Source: Nemertoderma westbladi
Taxonomy: Eukaryota; Animalia; Xenacoelomorpha
Assembly (NCBI GenBank): GCA_032718475.1
Contig: JAUCBJ010006605.1
Location: 1-41,310 of the forward strand
Length of the DNA: 41,310 bases
Direction of reading: 5' to 3'
Part shown: positions 11,918 to 23,903 of the stretch, in pieces
Layout of the letters: every line of letters starts with the position of its first letter
How positions within the stretch are numbered: the first letter of the stretch is position 1
Notes under the pieces: model-generated
What the model saw: the letters and a program-made list of their open reading frames with translations, nothing else
Database searches by the model: none
Told to the model about the DNA's origin: nothing
Made by a program: the position numbers and the translations under genes

Positions 11918-14900
11918 TCACACACCCACTCCAGACGTTGTTACGTTGGGGAGTCCCTGGATGTTGGTTGGATTAGGGAGGTGGTCGTGGGAAGAGTATC
12001 TTGCCTTCCATAGTTCCCGGAGAGTTCTCTGTCTCTTTCCAGTAAACATAAACGACCAACTGGGCGATTGAGCTGCTGCGTCTATTCCCGGTTTCTTAAA
12101 GTTACGTCGCATGACGACGAGTTCTACCGATCGCACCAAACCGTCATCTGAGATATGAGTCTCGATGATACGACCTGTCTGCCACCGCTTACGTGGAAGA
12201 TCTGATTCCACAATAAGGACCACGTCTCCGGCGCTGACGTTTTCGTGCTGCGCAAACCACTTAGTTCGAAGTTGTAGCGTAGGTAGATAATGTTTTTCGA
12301 AATGGTCAGCGAAACGACGGGATAACAACTGCATAAGTTGCCAAGTTTGCCGGCAGTATTCGTCTCCGTCCGTGATTTCCGATCGTGGGAGCATGGCTAC
12401 AGGTTTCTTCAGTAGGAAGTGCGCGGGTGTTAGCGCTTCTAGGGAGTCGGGACTCGATGAGACTGGCATAAGCGGTCTCTCATTGAGATAGGCGGCGATT
12501 TCCTCCATTAACGTCCGCAAAAGTTCGTCGGTGAGATACGCACGGCACGGCACTATAAAGTGAAATGCGGTCTTCACGCTCCTGATTGATCTCTCCCAAC
12601 TTCCTCCCCACCAAGGGGCGTCGGCGGCGTTGAAGGTCCAGCTAGATGCTGTTACCCTTAGCTGATCATCCACCTGTCTTTGGTTCCAATCTTTGACGTA
12701 AGCCTTGATTTCATTGTTGGCACCAATGAAGTTCGTCCCCTTATCAGATCTCATCGTGATGCTAGTTCAAAAGCGAGCGATCTGTCGGCGTAAGCTCAGT
12801 ATGAAGCTGTTGGTAGATAGATCGTTCACCATATCGAGATGGATAGCTCTACAAGTCATACAGACAAAGATGACGCACCATCGCTTGACTATAGTCCTAG
12901 CACGATATACTTCAATAGGGCCAAATAAATCTACACCAGTATTAGTGAAAGGTGGTTCATAGAAGCTTACTCGTTCCCTAGGTAATTCTGCCTCTCGCTG
13001 TGTTAAAGGCCTACTGAATGCTTTCCTACAGGGTATGCAGTTCCTAAGAACTTGGTTCAGAGCTCTACGGGGCTTATGGAAATAATAGCGAGTTCGAATT
13101 TCGCTAAGAACTCGTTCTCTACCAGCATGGTAAAGCTTACTATGAACATCTACAATCATCTTGATTTGTATTTCAAGATTTCTAATGAGTATGGGGAACT
13201 TAGTGTCAAAGGATAATGGAGCATTAGTTAGTCTCCCTCCAACACGTATCAACCCATCTATCATTGTGCTAGAGAAACGATCCCTTAGGCGCATCTGCGG
13301 ATTTCTCAACAACAGGAAATACTTATCGGAATCCTCATAGCATTGCAGGAGTCTCAGTATCTGCTTATTGGTTTCTTCATGCTCCTGGTAACTGATCCTC
13401 TCCTTCAGAAATCTGTCTGATATCTTTTATTTGGGAAGATCTTTAACAACATGGACCTGCGCAGATGTCAGTGGAGCGGTATCACTAGCGATCTTCGTCT
13501 TGGAGTAGTGATGATGAAAACATCGCTTTAAATAAGCAACGGCCTTACAAAGCCGATTCCAGGAGCTATAGTGATGTATCGCTCTCTGCAGGAGGGGTGA
13601 GAGTCCCTGCGAGACGTCTGGTGTTCCAGATTTCCAATCTCTCTCTCTGATTTCCACAACAGACTTATTTGTGGCGGGGGATTTTGGATCCAAAGCGTCG
13701 TCTCCGGAAGTGTGTAGTATAGACAGATCTATCACGGGTTTAAATAACTTCGATTTACTCGCCCGGGTTTTAGGTTTGACTTTCTCCGCTCCCTTGGCTT
13801 GTCTAATCTCCGCCGTGGTAAGATGAGGAGGCCATTCATCGTCTTCCTTGCTTAGGAAGTCGGGTCCACCTAACCAGTCTGGAGTATCTATCAGTTCTTG
13901 TGGAGTTGCTCCCCTGGAGGCGATGTCGGCTGGATTAATCGTCCCCGGGCAATGTCTCCATTGATCTATCTTTGTGCGACTAAGTAAAATGGCTACTCTG
14001 TTGGTAACGAAGACGCTGAACTGACAGACTTCATTGGTTATATACTCCAACACGAGTAAAGCATCGGTCCAATAGACAGTTTTCTCCAGTGGATAGTCGA
14101 TCTGTTCTGTTACATTCCGGTCGATGGCTGTAGCGTATAGAGCCGCTTTTAACTCCGCTCGAGGAACTTTCAACTTGTTGTTTATCAAGGCCTTAGAGGT
14201 AACCAAGGCGACCTTAATTCCATCCGGAGATTCAACCCTCAGGTAGGCTACTATACCTATTCCCATGTCGCTGGCATCTCCAAACACATGGAGTTGATAG
14301 GAATACGTGGGGAGAACGTGACCAAAATAAGAACGGGAAATCGTAAAATTCTCGATGGATGGTAGAGAATCTCCCCATTTCATCCACTTCTTTAATAGTT
14401 CTCCCTTAAGTGGATCGTCCCACGAGTGGTTTTCAAGCCACATTTGTTGTACTAAACTCCAAGCAATCAATATAACTGGGCTAATAAATCCCAATGGATC
14501 GAAATAAGTGCTCAGGATACTTAGACAAATCCGTTTAGTCCAAACTGGATTATCTCGCTGTTTTAGCTGGAAAAACAGGATATCTCTCTCTGTGTCCCAT
14601 TTCAAACCAAGTGTCTTGGTTTCTGGAAGATCGTCCTTGATAAGGTCCAGATCTTTAACTCCTCAATCTTCTACCGGGATCGATTCCAGAAATTCACGGG
14701 AGTTACTGGTGAATTTAGTTAATCGAAATCCACCTCTTTTCAAGCACTCTACCATTCCTTTGGCGACATCAATGGCTTCTTCCACCGATGGGAGGGACTT
14801 TAAATTGTCGTCCATGTATATATCCCATTTGATATTGTCGATAACCTCTTTGGAGAAGGCGTCCCGGTTGTTATCAGCAGTGGTGCGCACTACTGAGCAG

Positions 14901-15126
14901 GCGTTTGAAGGGCTCGAGATGATCCCAAAAGCCTGGATGGTCATCCAGTACTCTACCGATTTCTGGTTGAGGTCTCCTTCAGGCCACCACAGAAATCGTA
15001 GGCTGTCCCAATCCCTATCCAGCGCCTTAACTTGTAAGAACATTCCTTCTATATCGGAGGCGTAAGCGATCGAATATTGCCATAATCTTAAGAGTATTCC
15101 CAACAAGGATTGGAGTAAGTTGGGTC
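11918..15126 (-). pseudogene. pol: BEL/Pao pol remnant: partial reverse transcriptase, RNase H, integrase
   Basis: One frame with three in-frame stops (14663, 13427, 12767). RT: PNLLQSLLGILLR, ASDIEGMFLQV, LRFLW, FGIISSP, IYMDD. RNase H (Pao 'peptidase A17' region): LHVFGDAS, VAYLR, PRAELKAA, WTDA, FVTNRV, WRHCPGTINPADIASRG. IN: H...H...CIPC, PFTNTGVDLFGP, SDKGTNF, APWWGGSWERSIRSVK, LTPAHFL, DUF5641-like C-terminus. Confidence 0.95.
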
Positions 15127-16970
15127 TTTCGGGGCGCTACCAATTTTGCATACAAATGCCTAGCTATGTTATTCCTATTACCATACCTGATGTTTAGTGT
15201 ATCCCAAACTTGTCTTAATCCATCTGGATGTCCAATAAACTTTAACGCCATTAACTTGGGAGATCCTTCCAAGCACTCGATGAGGAATCTCAGTTTCTCT
15301 CCATTAGATAGCACAGAGTTCTGTATGTTATCTTTGTAATATTCATTAAAAGGTAACCATTTCATCTCATCTCCATTGAACTTGACGATCTCTCCCACCT
15401 TTACCGCTTGACGGGCTTCGGTTCTAGCCATTTGACGCGTAAAACTTTCTTGGGCCATCGTGTTATTTAATATCGAGTTATCGGTATATAAATTTCTCGG
15501 ATTATGATCAGGTCTATATGGAATATCATTGTCAACAGGTTTATAATTACCCTTAATAGGGTTTACTATAGGAGTTTCTACTTCACTAGCAGTATAGATG
15601 CGTGTAGGTTCCACACCTTGCACATGAAATACTTCAGACCTAACAGGTTGACACATTGTTACAGGGGGTGGTGGTATACCCCTATGTGTATTTACTAATT
15701 TATCGCGTTCTAACGCGATACTCTGCTGCACTTCTTGCAACTCTAACCTACTTTCCCTTACTGTTCCCTTGAACTGTTGAACAGTCTCCTGCATCTGCCC
15801 GAGCAGGAGATCCATCCCCCGCCGTCCCTCATCCACCCACTCGACCACCGAAGCGGGAGCCGCCAACATAGTAGCGGGTAGACGAGGGACGACGGGCGAT
15901 AAATCTTTAATGTCTCACTCGGCGTCCAAGACATGAATTGTCTCAGGGACTGTCCTACTGGGCACAGGTAGTTTAGTACTGTGCAAAGGGAATTTAGAGG
16001 TAGGTTCTGGGAGTACAGGTGTCTCTATAACCGAAGGGGTGGCTTCGAGAACAGGCCTAATTATTTCAGGCTCATCTACTATAGTAGGGAGTCTTTCTAC
16101 TCTAATAATTTGGTCTGTGGGTTCTGTACTACCTAAGTCTGTGCTACCTAGTTGTCTTCTCACAGCTGGGGGCAAATTAGGCAATTTCTAACGGTGGGGC
16201 ATTCTTCTACGCCTGCTGGAACGAGATCTATTTCCTCCGCCTTCGGGATCTGTTGTATCGCCTTCATCAGATGATGTAAACCCCTGTCTCTTGGGAGTAG
16301 ATCGACTTATCATCTGCCAATGACTAGCTGCTCTCTGTTTATCTATGTAGTCTTGCTTCTCTTGAAGATTTTCCAATTCTAGTTGGGTGGTCTCTTCAGA
16401 CGCCCTCCGTTCTGCTTCTGCCACTGCTACCTTTCCTTCCGCTTCTGCCGCTGCCACTGCCGCTTTTCTTTCCGCTTCGGCCGCTTTTCTTTCCACTTTG
16501 GCCGCTTTTCTTTCCGCTTCTGCCGCTGCCATTGCCGCTTTTCTTTCCACTTCGGCCGCTTTTCTTTCCGCTTCTGCCGCTGCCATTGCCGCTTTTCTTT
16601 CCACTTCTGCCTCTTCCCCTGCCGCTGCTGCTGTCTTTCTGTCTTCTATACGTTTTTTCTTCACTTGTTCTTCTTGAACCCTAGCGATGCGGCTGCTTTC
16701 ATCAAATTTAGCTTGGTTCGCAGCTAACATTTCCGCATCTAATGTGTCCAACACAAACTTGGCTCCTTCACTAGTAGGGCGAAGTCCAGCCAGCCGTCTC
16801 CTCAACTCTTTGTCACCTATAAATCGTTGATAGTCCGACAGATAGATGTCAATGGCGTCCTTCTTCTGAGGTTTCTCTGATGTCGCTTCGCCGGTAGAGA
16901 ATATTCCACCGGGAGAGACGAAAACGCTCCACGTCATCGCATCCTGGGACGAGAATGGACCGTTCGACAT
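15127..16970 (-). pseudogene. gag: BEL/Pao gag remnant (coiled-coil N-terminus plus DUF1759-like capsid region), C-terminally truncated
   Basis: One frame from first ATG 16970 with two in-frame stops (16188, 15915); KFNGDEMKWLPFNEYY...LSNGEKLRFLIECLEG...VWDTLNIRYGN is the BEL/Pao Gag signature. Confidence 0.88.
16400..16630 (-). repeat. Coding minisatellite in gag (AEAERKAA/AEVERKAAMAA, 21-24 bp subunits, 45-bp period)
   Basis: GCCGCTTTTCTTTCC(A/G)CTT repeated six times; encodes an Ala/Glu/Arg/Lys helix. Confidence 0.85.
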
Positions 16971-17153
16971 CCGATCTGATCTCCTCGGTGCAGAGGAACC
17001 ACCGATATCTTTGGATGGGGAGGAATTATGGCTACAGGTGGGAGGCAAAGTTAAGCAGTACTCAGGTTTACCTGAATACTATTAGGCCTAGCCAACTTCC
17101 TGCTGCCTGTAGAGGTGGATTTGGTAACTCGCTAGGCCTAGGGACAAGGACTG

Positions 17154-17666
17154 CCCTTAGCGGTCCCTGGCCAACAGCAGTTATTACGAGCCTGAATAAG
17201 GACTCGGAAAGTCTGCTGCCTGTGTCAGGGATTTGCGACGGGAACCGACAGACAGATCCTTAGCGGTCCCTGGTCGCCGGCAGTTATTACGAGCCTGAAT
17301 AAGGACTCGGAAATCTTGCCGACCACGCCAGAGACTTGCGACGGGTCGACTGACTAACAGAGGAAGGGTTCGATGAGGACTGCCTTCCTGGAGTGGGTTC
17401 CACGACCGGCGTTAGTACGAGCCTGAATAAGGACTCGGAAAACTACCAACCGTTGGGCCTCACGACGGGCTGACAGACCCCTTGCCAAGCCGTACCGCTT
17501 TCCTGATGACCGATCCCTTCGGGGTTCGGGAAGGGTGGGACGGACACGCAACGGGGTCGAAAGACAAAGAACCGGACTCCACTGGCCTACCGACTGTTCG
17601 GAGCAGCTTCTCGGCTACCGAAGCGACTACGAGCCTAAAAGGATTCGGAAAGCTTAGGTGGTTGGG
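17154..17666 (+). repeat. Structured module type A, four copies (~17154-17242, 17255-17347, 17393-17463, 17610-17666)
   Basis: Core TACGAGCCT(GAATA/AAA)AGGA(C/T)TCGGAAA at 17185, 17288, 17416, 17628, enclosed by stems that differ in sequence but still pair. Confidence 0.8.
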
Positions 17667-17960
17667 TCCCTGTGATGAACCGACGGACCCCTAGCCAAGC
17701 CGTACCGCTTTCCTGACAACCGATCCCTTCGGGGTTCGGGAAGGGTGGGATGGACACGCAAACTGGTCCACCGACTCGACAGACCCCTAGCCAAGCCGCA
17801 CCGCTTACCTGATGACCGATCCCTTCGGAGTTCGGGAAGGGTGGGACGGACACGCAACCGGGTCTACCGACTTGACCGACCCTTAGCCAAGCCGTACCGC
17901 TTTCCTGATGACTGATCCCTTCGGGGTTCGGGAAGGGTGGGACGGACACGCAACAGGGTC
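17476..17960 (+). repeat. Structured module type B, four ~84-nt copies (17476-17558, 17685-17769, 17781-17865, 17878-17960; 96-bp period for the last three)
   Basis: GACCC...GCCAAGCCGTACCGCTTTCCTGATGACCGATCCCTTCGGGGTTCGGGAAGGGTGGGACGGACACGCAA...GGGTC rod-like hairpin. Confidence 0.85.
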
Positions 17961-19366
17961 GACCGACACTGACACCACGGTACCGAGACTAGGACCGAGG
18001 GAAAATGGGGAACATTAGTTAGGTTAAAATCTAAAGCGAACAGTGGGTAATTAAATAATGTTCTGTAGGAATTTATATTGTCGTATATTATTGTGAATAT
18101 TTGGTGTATATTGGTGTGGGGAAGCCCAACTTATTCTCAATCAGGATTCAGGATCCATGATTCAACAACGGTAGGAAAGTTACATTAAACGATTATATCC
18201 AACTAATGCAACCTTTTCTCAACCGCAATCCTGCATTTAAGAAAGTACTCCTTCTCCACTCCCAATATCCGGTGACTGACCGGAATCCCGTGGTTTAAAA
18301 GTTCCGCCTCCAGCATCGGCGTTTTCTCCCATGGTGTCGGGAATAACGGCAACACCTTATAATATACGTATAATAAGAAACATCTCGAAAACACAGCTTG
18401 CCATTTGTATATTTGTGGTGGCTAAATCAATGATAATGAAATTGAGTTGATAGAAGTAATGCAACTACCATTTTAGGGCGGACACCAAAAGTGGGTCATC
18501 ACAAAATTTTCAAAATTTGTATTTTTTTAAATATTCCTTATAATCTATATTTCCGCGATTTATTCAATGTTAATGAAATGGAGTTCATCCAAGTAACGCA
18601 ACTACCATTTTTCATGCGTGCACTAAAAGTGGGTGCATCACGAAATTTACAAAATTATTTGTTTCGAAATATTCATTTTATGTAAATTATAATATAGCAA
18701 TTATTAGCGAAAAGGTGGGGGGGGGGGGGTGGGGGGAGTGGCACTGGACGCATATCCCATCACGGATAAATATAATTTCGGGCATACAGAAATAAAATGA
18801 CTTATTCTAAGCAGGGTCGATAGTAAAGGGAAGGAAGGGTCAGGGTTGAATGAACGCCACTGAAATAATTGCTGATATAACTACAGTACAGTATAATATA
18901 AATAGTGTTGTTGGTAATTTGGTATAGGTTTTCTTGTCTGCAGGATAGATTATTGATGGTGCTGTAAGCTACGACTCTAAATTGATTTGTTACCTGTCAC
19001 ATTATTGATATATTACATTATATACGTTATTGATATGCCCAGTGTTTGTCTGTGGAGACTGTAGTAGACTTACTATACTATAACTAATATAATATGTTAT
19101 CTCCTCTCTATCTTTGTTAACTAAAATATAAATTGCATTTACTTTACTCAGATGAACTCCATTTTATTACCATTGCATTCACAATCGCAGAAAACCTATA
19201 AATCACAGGAATATAGATCATACAATGAATATTAAAAAAAATAAGACATTTTGACAACGTCGAGATGCTGATGCACCTACTTTTGGCGCTTTTGGGGGTG
19301 TCCCAGGGACATCCCCGGGATATCCAATGTAGTTCAATATAAAATTTGGGGATATTAGGGTTTATA

Positions 19367-20076
19367 CAGTACAGGCCACCAGAAAAAGCAGATTTCATCC
19401 AATGTGATCACATGTGAACACATTTGTTCAAGTCATCTGATTGGCAGGTTATGGCGAGTTATCTTCTAGATCACACAGCAGGAGGCTAACTTGCTGGGAC
19501 CGACAAAGGCTTTGTGTGCGGTGCGCCAGTATGTCTGATATCAGGTAGATGAGAGAGCCCCCAGGGCGTAACATTGCGGACATGGGCTGTATTGGAGAGA
19601 GAGAACTATATACAAGACCACATTGAGGTTCATTGAGTGTATGGGAGTGGATGGGTATATGGATGGAGGAGCCTAGACCATTGAATAATTAATTTAGTGC
19701 AGGGAGATGTCGCGCCTAGTCTGACACCGAGAGGGCACAGAGAAACACCAGAAGATGCCTTAACATCACTAACTATAGGCCTGCCTACTAGACACTATTA
19801 ACCGCACACTATAAAGGTAAACAAAATCCTTATCGCATTTCCAGCTGCAGTGAGTGACAGTTCGCGGCAAACTACAGAGAGTTTCCAGATTACTAAGCGT
19901 TTCAAATTAAAGTTATCAATTGTATCCTTTGGCGAAAAAATTTTGGTTGTTGCCATTTCAATTATGTTCAATTTATGTTCAATTGTCCCGTTCAACAACA
20001 TTACATTACACTGGTACACATTTGATAAAATGTGTTCACAATTGTACAAATCTGCGTTTTCTGGTGGCCTGTACTG
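19367..20076. mobile_element. Tc1/mariner-like non-autonomous element, 710 bp
   Basis: TA|CAGTACAGGCCACCAGAAAA.GCAGATTT ... AAATCTGC.TTTTCTGGTGGCCTGTACTG|TA; TA TSD on both sides. Confidence 0.85.
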
Positions 20077-20488
20077 TAGTAGCCATGAACTTGGAATTTT
20101 GTACTGTACAATGTACACAATGCACAATGTACAGTGTACATTGTGCCACACCAGGCGTTATTAATAAATATACATAGTAGCCATGGTCTTGCCCCACATA
20201 ATGCAGTATTGGGGCTTGGTGATGGACTGACGGATGGTGACCAGTGACGAATTCTAGTTGCTAAACTACCTACGTATACACACAAGTTTAGTGACTACGG
20301 AGATACCGTGCTGCACTGTGCCGACTATCACATAATCAGACAGTGAACGGACTGGTTACTCGATAATTTACTTTTTTACTTTTCAAATAGATTTAAGGGT
20401 ATTGCTAAACAGTAAAAAACACCGGCCAGCCGGCACCGGTAACGGCATTTACAATGTGACACCGGCTGATCGGCAACGGCTGAACGGT

Positions 20489-21042
20489 ATGCTTTCCATA
20501 CAAATACTATTTATATTAACTTGCTTGATTGTTGTAACTTGTTTGTCTATATGGCGGTTCTATAACTACTTCGACATATTTAGTGATTCAATCTCACATA
20601 CAGATTATTTCGGACCAATTCACTTGCCGCCTTCTCGACCACAGGAATCAATTCTATTGTCTCCAAACATTTGTATCAAAGAAACTTCGACAAACAGTTC
20701 ATATGAATCGCTACTTTTGATGTATAAATGTAATATGGATGACGTGGAACAAAGATCGGCGATTCGTCGGCTTATGAGAACGCCATCTTACGGACTGGAG
20801 GGACATCCAGTTAAATATGTATTTATTATGGGAAATAAAAACTTGTCTGATGTCGCGGAAAATGAATCATTGTTGTTGGAATCGACGAATTACGACGACA
20901 TTCTCTACGGGGATTTTCTCGATTCCTACAGGAATTTATCGACGAAACTTTTGTTCGGTTGGCGTTGGTTTTCTGACTTGGATTGTCGTCTTTTCTTCCG
21001 ATACATAATGAGTATCGATATAGACGTATTTCTTAATCTCAG
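20489..21042 (+). CDS. GT31 (beta-1,3-galactosyltransferase-like) glycosyltransferase, coding exon 1
   Basis: Acceptor TTTTCAAATAG at 20390; ATG 20489 (an upstream coding exon is possible because the frame is open from 20393); N-terminal TM ILFILTCLIVVTCLSIW; RSAIR, FIMG, LLLESTNYDDILYGDFLDSYRNLSTKL, DxD in SIDIDVFLN; phase-2 donor AG|GTATTT. Confidence 0.88.
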
Positions 21043-21232
21043 GTATTTATGGGGCCATTAGTGACCTGGTTAGGTTGAATATCGGTAGAGTACCGGTATC
21101 AACAATTATCTCTACATCTACAACTCGGCAAGTTACAGGTATTGTAAGGGTATGCGTTTCTACTTCGCCCAGATAGGAGGGGAAACTGCCAAATTTATTA
21201 ATTAAAGGAAAGGATCAGATTACAGTGGCAAT

Positions 21233-21987
21233 TAGGTACCTTCATAAAAATCAAATTGTTGAAATTCATATGGGGACGTTTTCCATTTGATGGAAGAGGT
21301 TATAAAACAAACTCATGCCAATTTTTAGCCATAAATATTGATATCTAGGGGTTGCCAAACGAGCTTTTGTATTTTCGCAATCTGATATCAAATCGACTGC
21401 TTTTATGAAACAACTAAATTTCATTTGACAATAATAGGATAGAAAAGGCATGTCTGGTGCATTGACACATAATGACACAATAGCAGAATATGGAGACCCA
21501 AAGGAAAATAGTTTGATTAGTGAAAGTAGTAATTTGAACTCAAATTGGTGATTGCAAAAAATATTGATGTGATAGGTCCAATCTGAAAATAAATTTAGAA
21601 TCTGCATTATAGAATTATGTATGATTCATTCATATGTACAAAACTCATTCCAGCCCTAACTGTATGCGCGCACAGCACCACCCGCTGAACTCAAACACCA
21701 TTGCAATAGAGTATAATAAATGATGTATTATTTGTTTGAAAGTGTGTCATGCAGCATATCATTTGATAGATAATTACAAATTGCATATAAATAATGCACA
21801 TAAATCTTTCTAAGCCCAAGCATAAGCTTATTTGGATTTATCGCTCGTTACAAAAGCTCGTTTGGCAACCCCTAGATATCAATATTTATGGCTAAAAATT
21901 GGCATGAGTTTGTTTTATAACCTCTTCCATCAAACGGAAACCGTCCCCATATGAATTTCAACAATTCGATTTTTATGAAGGTACCTA
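21233..21987. mobile_element. hAT-like MITE (755 bp) in the glycosyltransferase intron
   Basis: ~138-bp near-perfect TIRs TAGGTACCTTCATAAAAATC...GATTTTTATGAAGGTACCTA; exact 8-bp TSD GTGGCAAT (21225-21232, 21988-21995). Confidence 0.9.
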
Positions 21988-22276
21988 GTGGCAATATATT
22001 TTCAACTAAAACAATAAACTGTAAAGTCAATAGAACAGGTTACAGTTTTATTTTTGGGAGTAATCGGCGGGTATTTGAGTAAATTTTGATTTCGTGGAAA
22101 GTCCCCCCCTTTGAATCCGTTTGTATTTTTTGCAATAAATTGCGCCATGAAGCATTTTTTATCACACCTGAAGGGTTTGTATTAGTTACAAGTAAAATAT
22201 CAGGCCAGGATTACTTCCAAGGAAGGTAAATTAATATTTTGCCGCAGTGATGGAGATTTCGCACATATTTTTACAG

Positions 22277-22850
22277 GAATTTACTTGAGTTGTTGGATAA
22301 AAACAAACGGGATCCGTTGTATTTGGGTTCAATCCATTGGGGTCCCGGTGTCAACAGGAATCCCTCCTCCAGATGGTTCCTCAGTCGCTCCGAGTACCCG
22401 CCAGAGTTCTACCCCGCGTACGCCGCCGGTCTCGGCTACGTTCTCTCCGCCTCGGTCGTTCCGCTCCTATACTCCCATTCGTTCCGCGTTCCCTCCCTCT
22501 ATATAGACGACGCGTTCGTAGGTTTGCTAGCGGAGCGGGCGGGCATCACCCCGGTCGACGACGGACGTTTCGTTGCCGATTATCCCGCCCCTCCCGAATA
22601 CTCGTACTGCCGTTACCGCGATTTAATCGCAGTTCACGGGTTCGACGCCCACACAAAGTCTCTGATAATGAAAGATATTTGGGATCGACGGGGAACTACC
22701 GATTGTAACCAATTACAAACCATCGCCTATATAGCGATGGTTGTTCTTATATCAATCTTATTAATTTCCTGTAGTTTTTCTACTTACTACTATTACTTCT
22801 CCTGTAAACCAACTCTCATTAATTGTTGTTTTCTATCGAAACGTATTTAG
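22277..22850 (+). CDS. GT31 glycosyltransferase, coding exon 2 (spliced product 375 aa from ATG 20489)
   Basis: Acceptor TTTTTACAG|G restores frame: DIDVFLNLR-NLLELL; motifs VNRNPSSRWFLSRSEYP..FYPAYAAGLGYVLS, IDDAFVG, IAVHG; TAG at 22848-22850. Confidence 0.9.
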
Positions 22851-22940
22851 TACTTATTTATTGAGTTTTCCTAATTAATACGTATTTTGTTGCCCTTCTG
22901 TGCAGTACCGGCGAGTTAGGGGTCTACCTTGAGCTGCTGT

Positions 22941-23056
22941 CTAACCAACTGACTAACTAACTAATTAACTAACTTATCTGACTAACTTAACTAACTTATC
23001 TAACTAATTAAATTAACTAACTAACTTATTTAACTAATTAACTAACTTAACTTAAT
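22941..23056 (+). repeat. Degenerate (CTAA)n microsatellite
   Basis: CTAACTAACTAATTAACTAACTTATCT... runs. Confidence 0.85.
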
Positions 23057-23903
23057 AACACGGACCAACTTGTTTCTGAAACTTGTTGCTGAAAATTTCA
23101 ATAAAATGCTACGAAATTTGGTACGATGATAGATCGACACCTTTTCTTACTGGTGGCCTGGCCGGATTTTTTAATTTATGAGCTATTTCGATACAACAAG
23201 CCGATAAAAATCGTCTATTTCGCAATATTTAGCCACCTCCGTCAGATTTATTTTTCGTCTTTGGAATGAAATCTAGATATCATTAGAACCGCCTTCATCT
23301 GTAGATTCCGAATATGAAACCCGTTGTAAATTTCACCAAGAACTTCCGGAGATAATGATAAAAATACTCAGGTGTAAATTTTTATGACGTAAATTGCTAT
23401 AATTCTAAAGTTTTTTTACTCAATTCTAGAATATTAATTATGGGTAATGAAAAAACAAGATCGAGAGTTATAGGGTGGTTTGAATAGAAACAAGTAAACA
23501 CTTTCACTTCAAGTAAACACTCGCAAACACTTCAAAGATACTTATTGTGCTTGAATAAAAATAGAGTGAAGTAAAGAGTGAAGTGTAGAGGGAAGTGTAG
23601 AGGGAAGTGTTTTCTGGTTGATTTGAAGAAAACGCAAGTGTTTACTTCTGTTTGAAGTGAACACTTCATAATACACAAGTAAGATCAAAAGGTTACTTTT
23701 GAAGCAAAATTCGCATATAAATTTGAAATCCGTGGGGTGTACGTTTTCCACTTAACTCATGTCACGGTTGGGGAATTGGGTTGAAATTTTATTAACGTGG
23801 TCAGTAGGACGTATGGCAGGGACTCTACACTACAGGCGCCACTTTCCATATGGAAAGCATACAGCGTTATTTTAGTTGGCTGTCTTGGGGTTTCTTAAAT
23901 TAA

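Larger units (their letters stand above)
11918..17980 (-). mobile_element. Defective BEL/Pao LTR retrotransposon, internal region (may extend to ~8400; no LTR pair identified)
   Basis: Domain order leader-gag-RT-RNaseH-IN with BEL/Pao-specific motifs; TGGTGTCAG at ~17969-17977 (minus) is only a weak tRNA-Leu PBS candidate. Confidence 0.9.

Noticed and set aside
11880-11935. PPT (GGAGTGGGTG) and 3' LTR start TGTGAC right at the pol stop
   Set aside because: Position fits BEL/Pao, but the tract is impure and no matching 5' LTR exists in the window; left unresolved.
14508-15065. 185-aa plus-strand ORF
   Set aside because: Antisense to the RT region; no independent motif.
16383-16727. Cys/Phe/Arg-rich and Ala/Ser-rich plus-strand ORFs
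   Set aside because: Antisense shadows of the gag minisatellite.
17175-17218. Hairpin ribozyme loop B (UAUUAC/GAAA resemblance)
   Set aside because: Lacks equivalents of A38 and C25 and no loop A (AGAA/NGUC) was found; only a generic loop-E similarity.
17500-17535. Hammerhead ribozyme (CUGAUGA-stem-GAA)
   Set aside because: All four copies have GAAG instead of GAAA and I could not build stems I and III with an NUH site; a kink-turn explains the same bases. A cleavage assay would settle it.
18203-18394. 63-aa minus-strand ORF as a host exon
   Set aside because: No recognisable motif, weak acceptor, no partner exons found.
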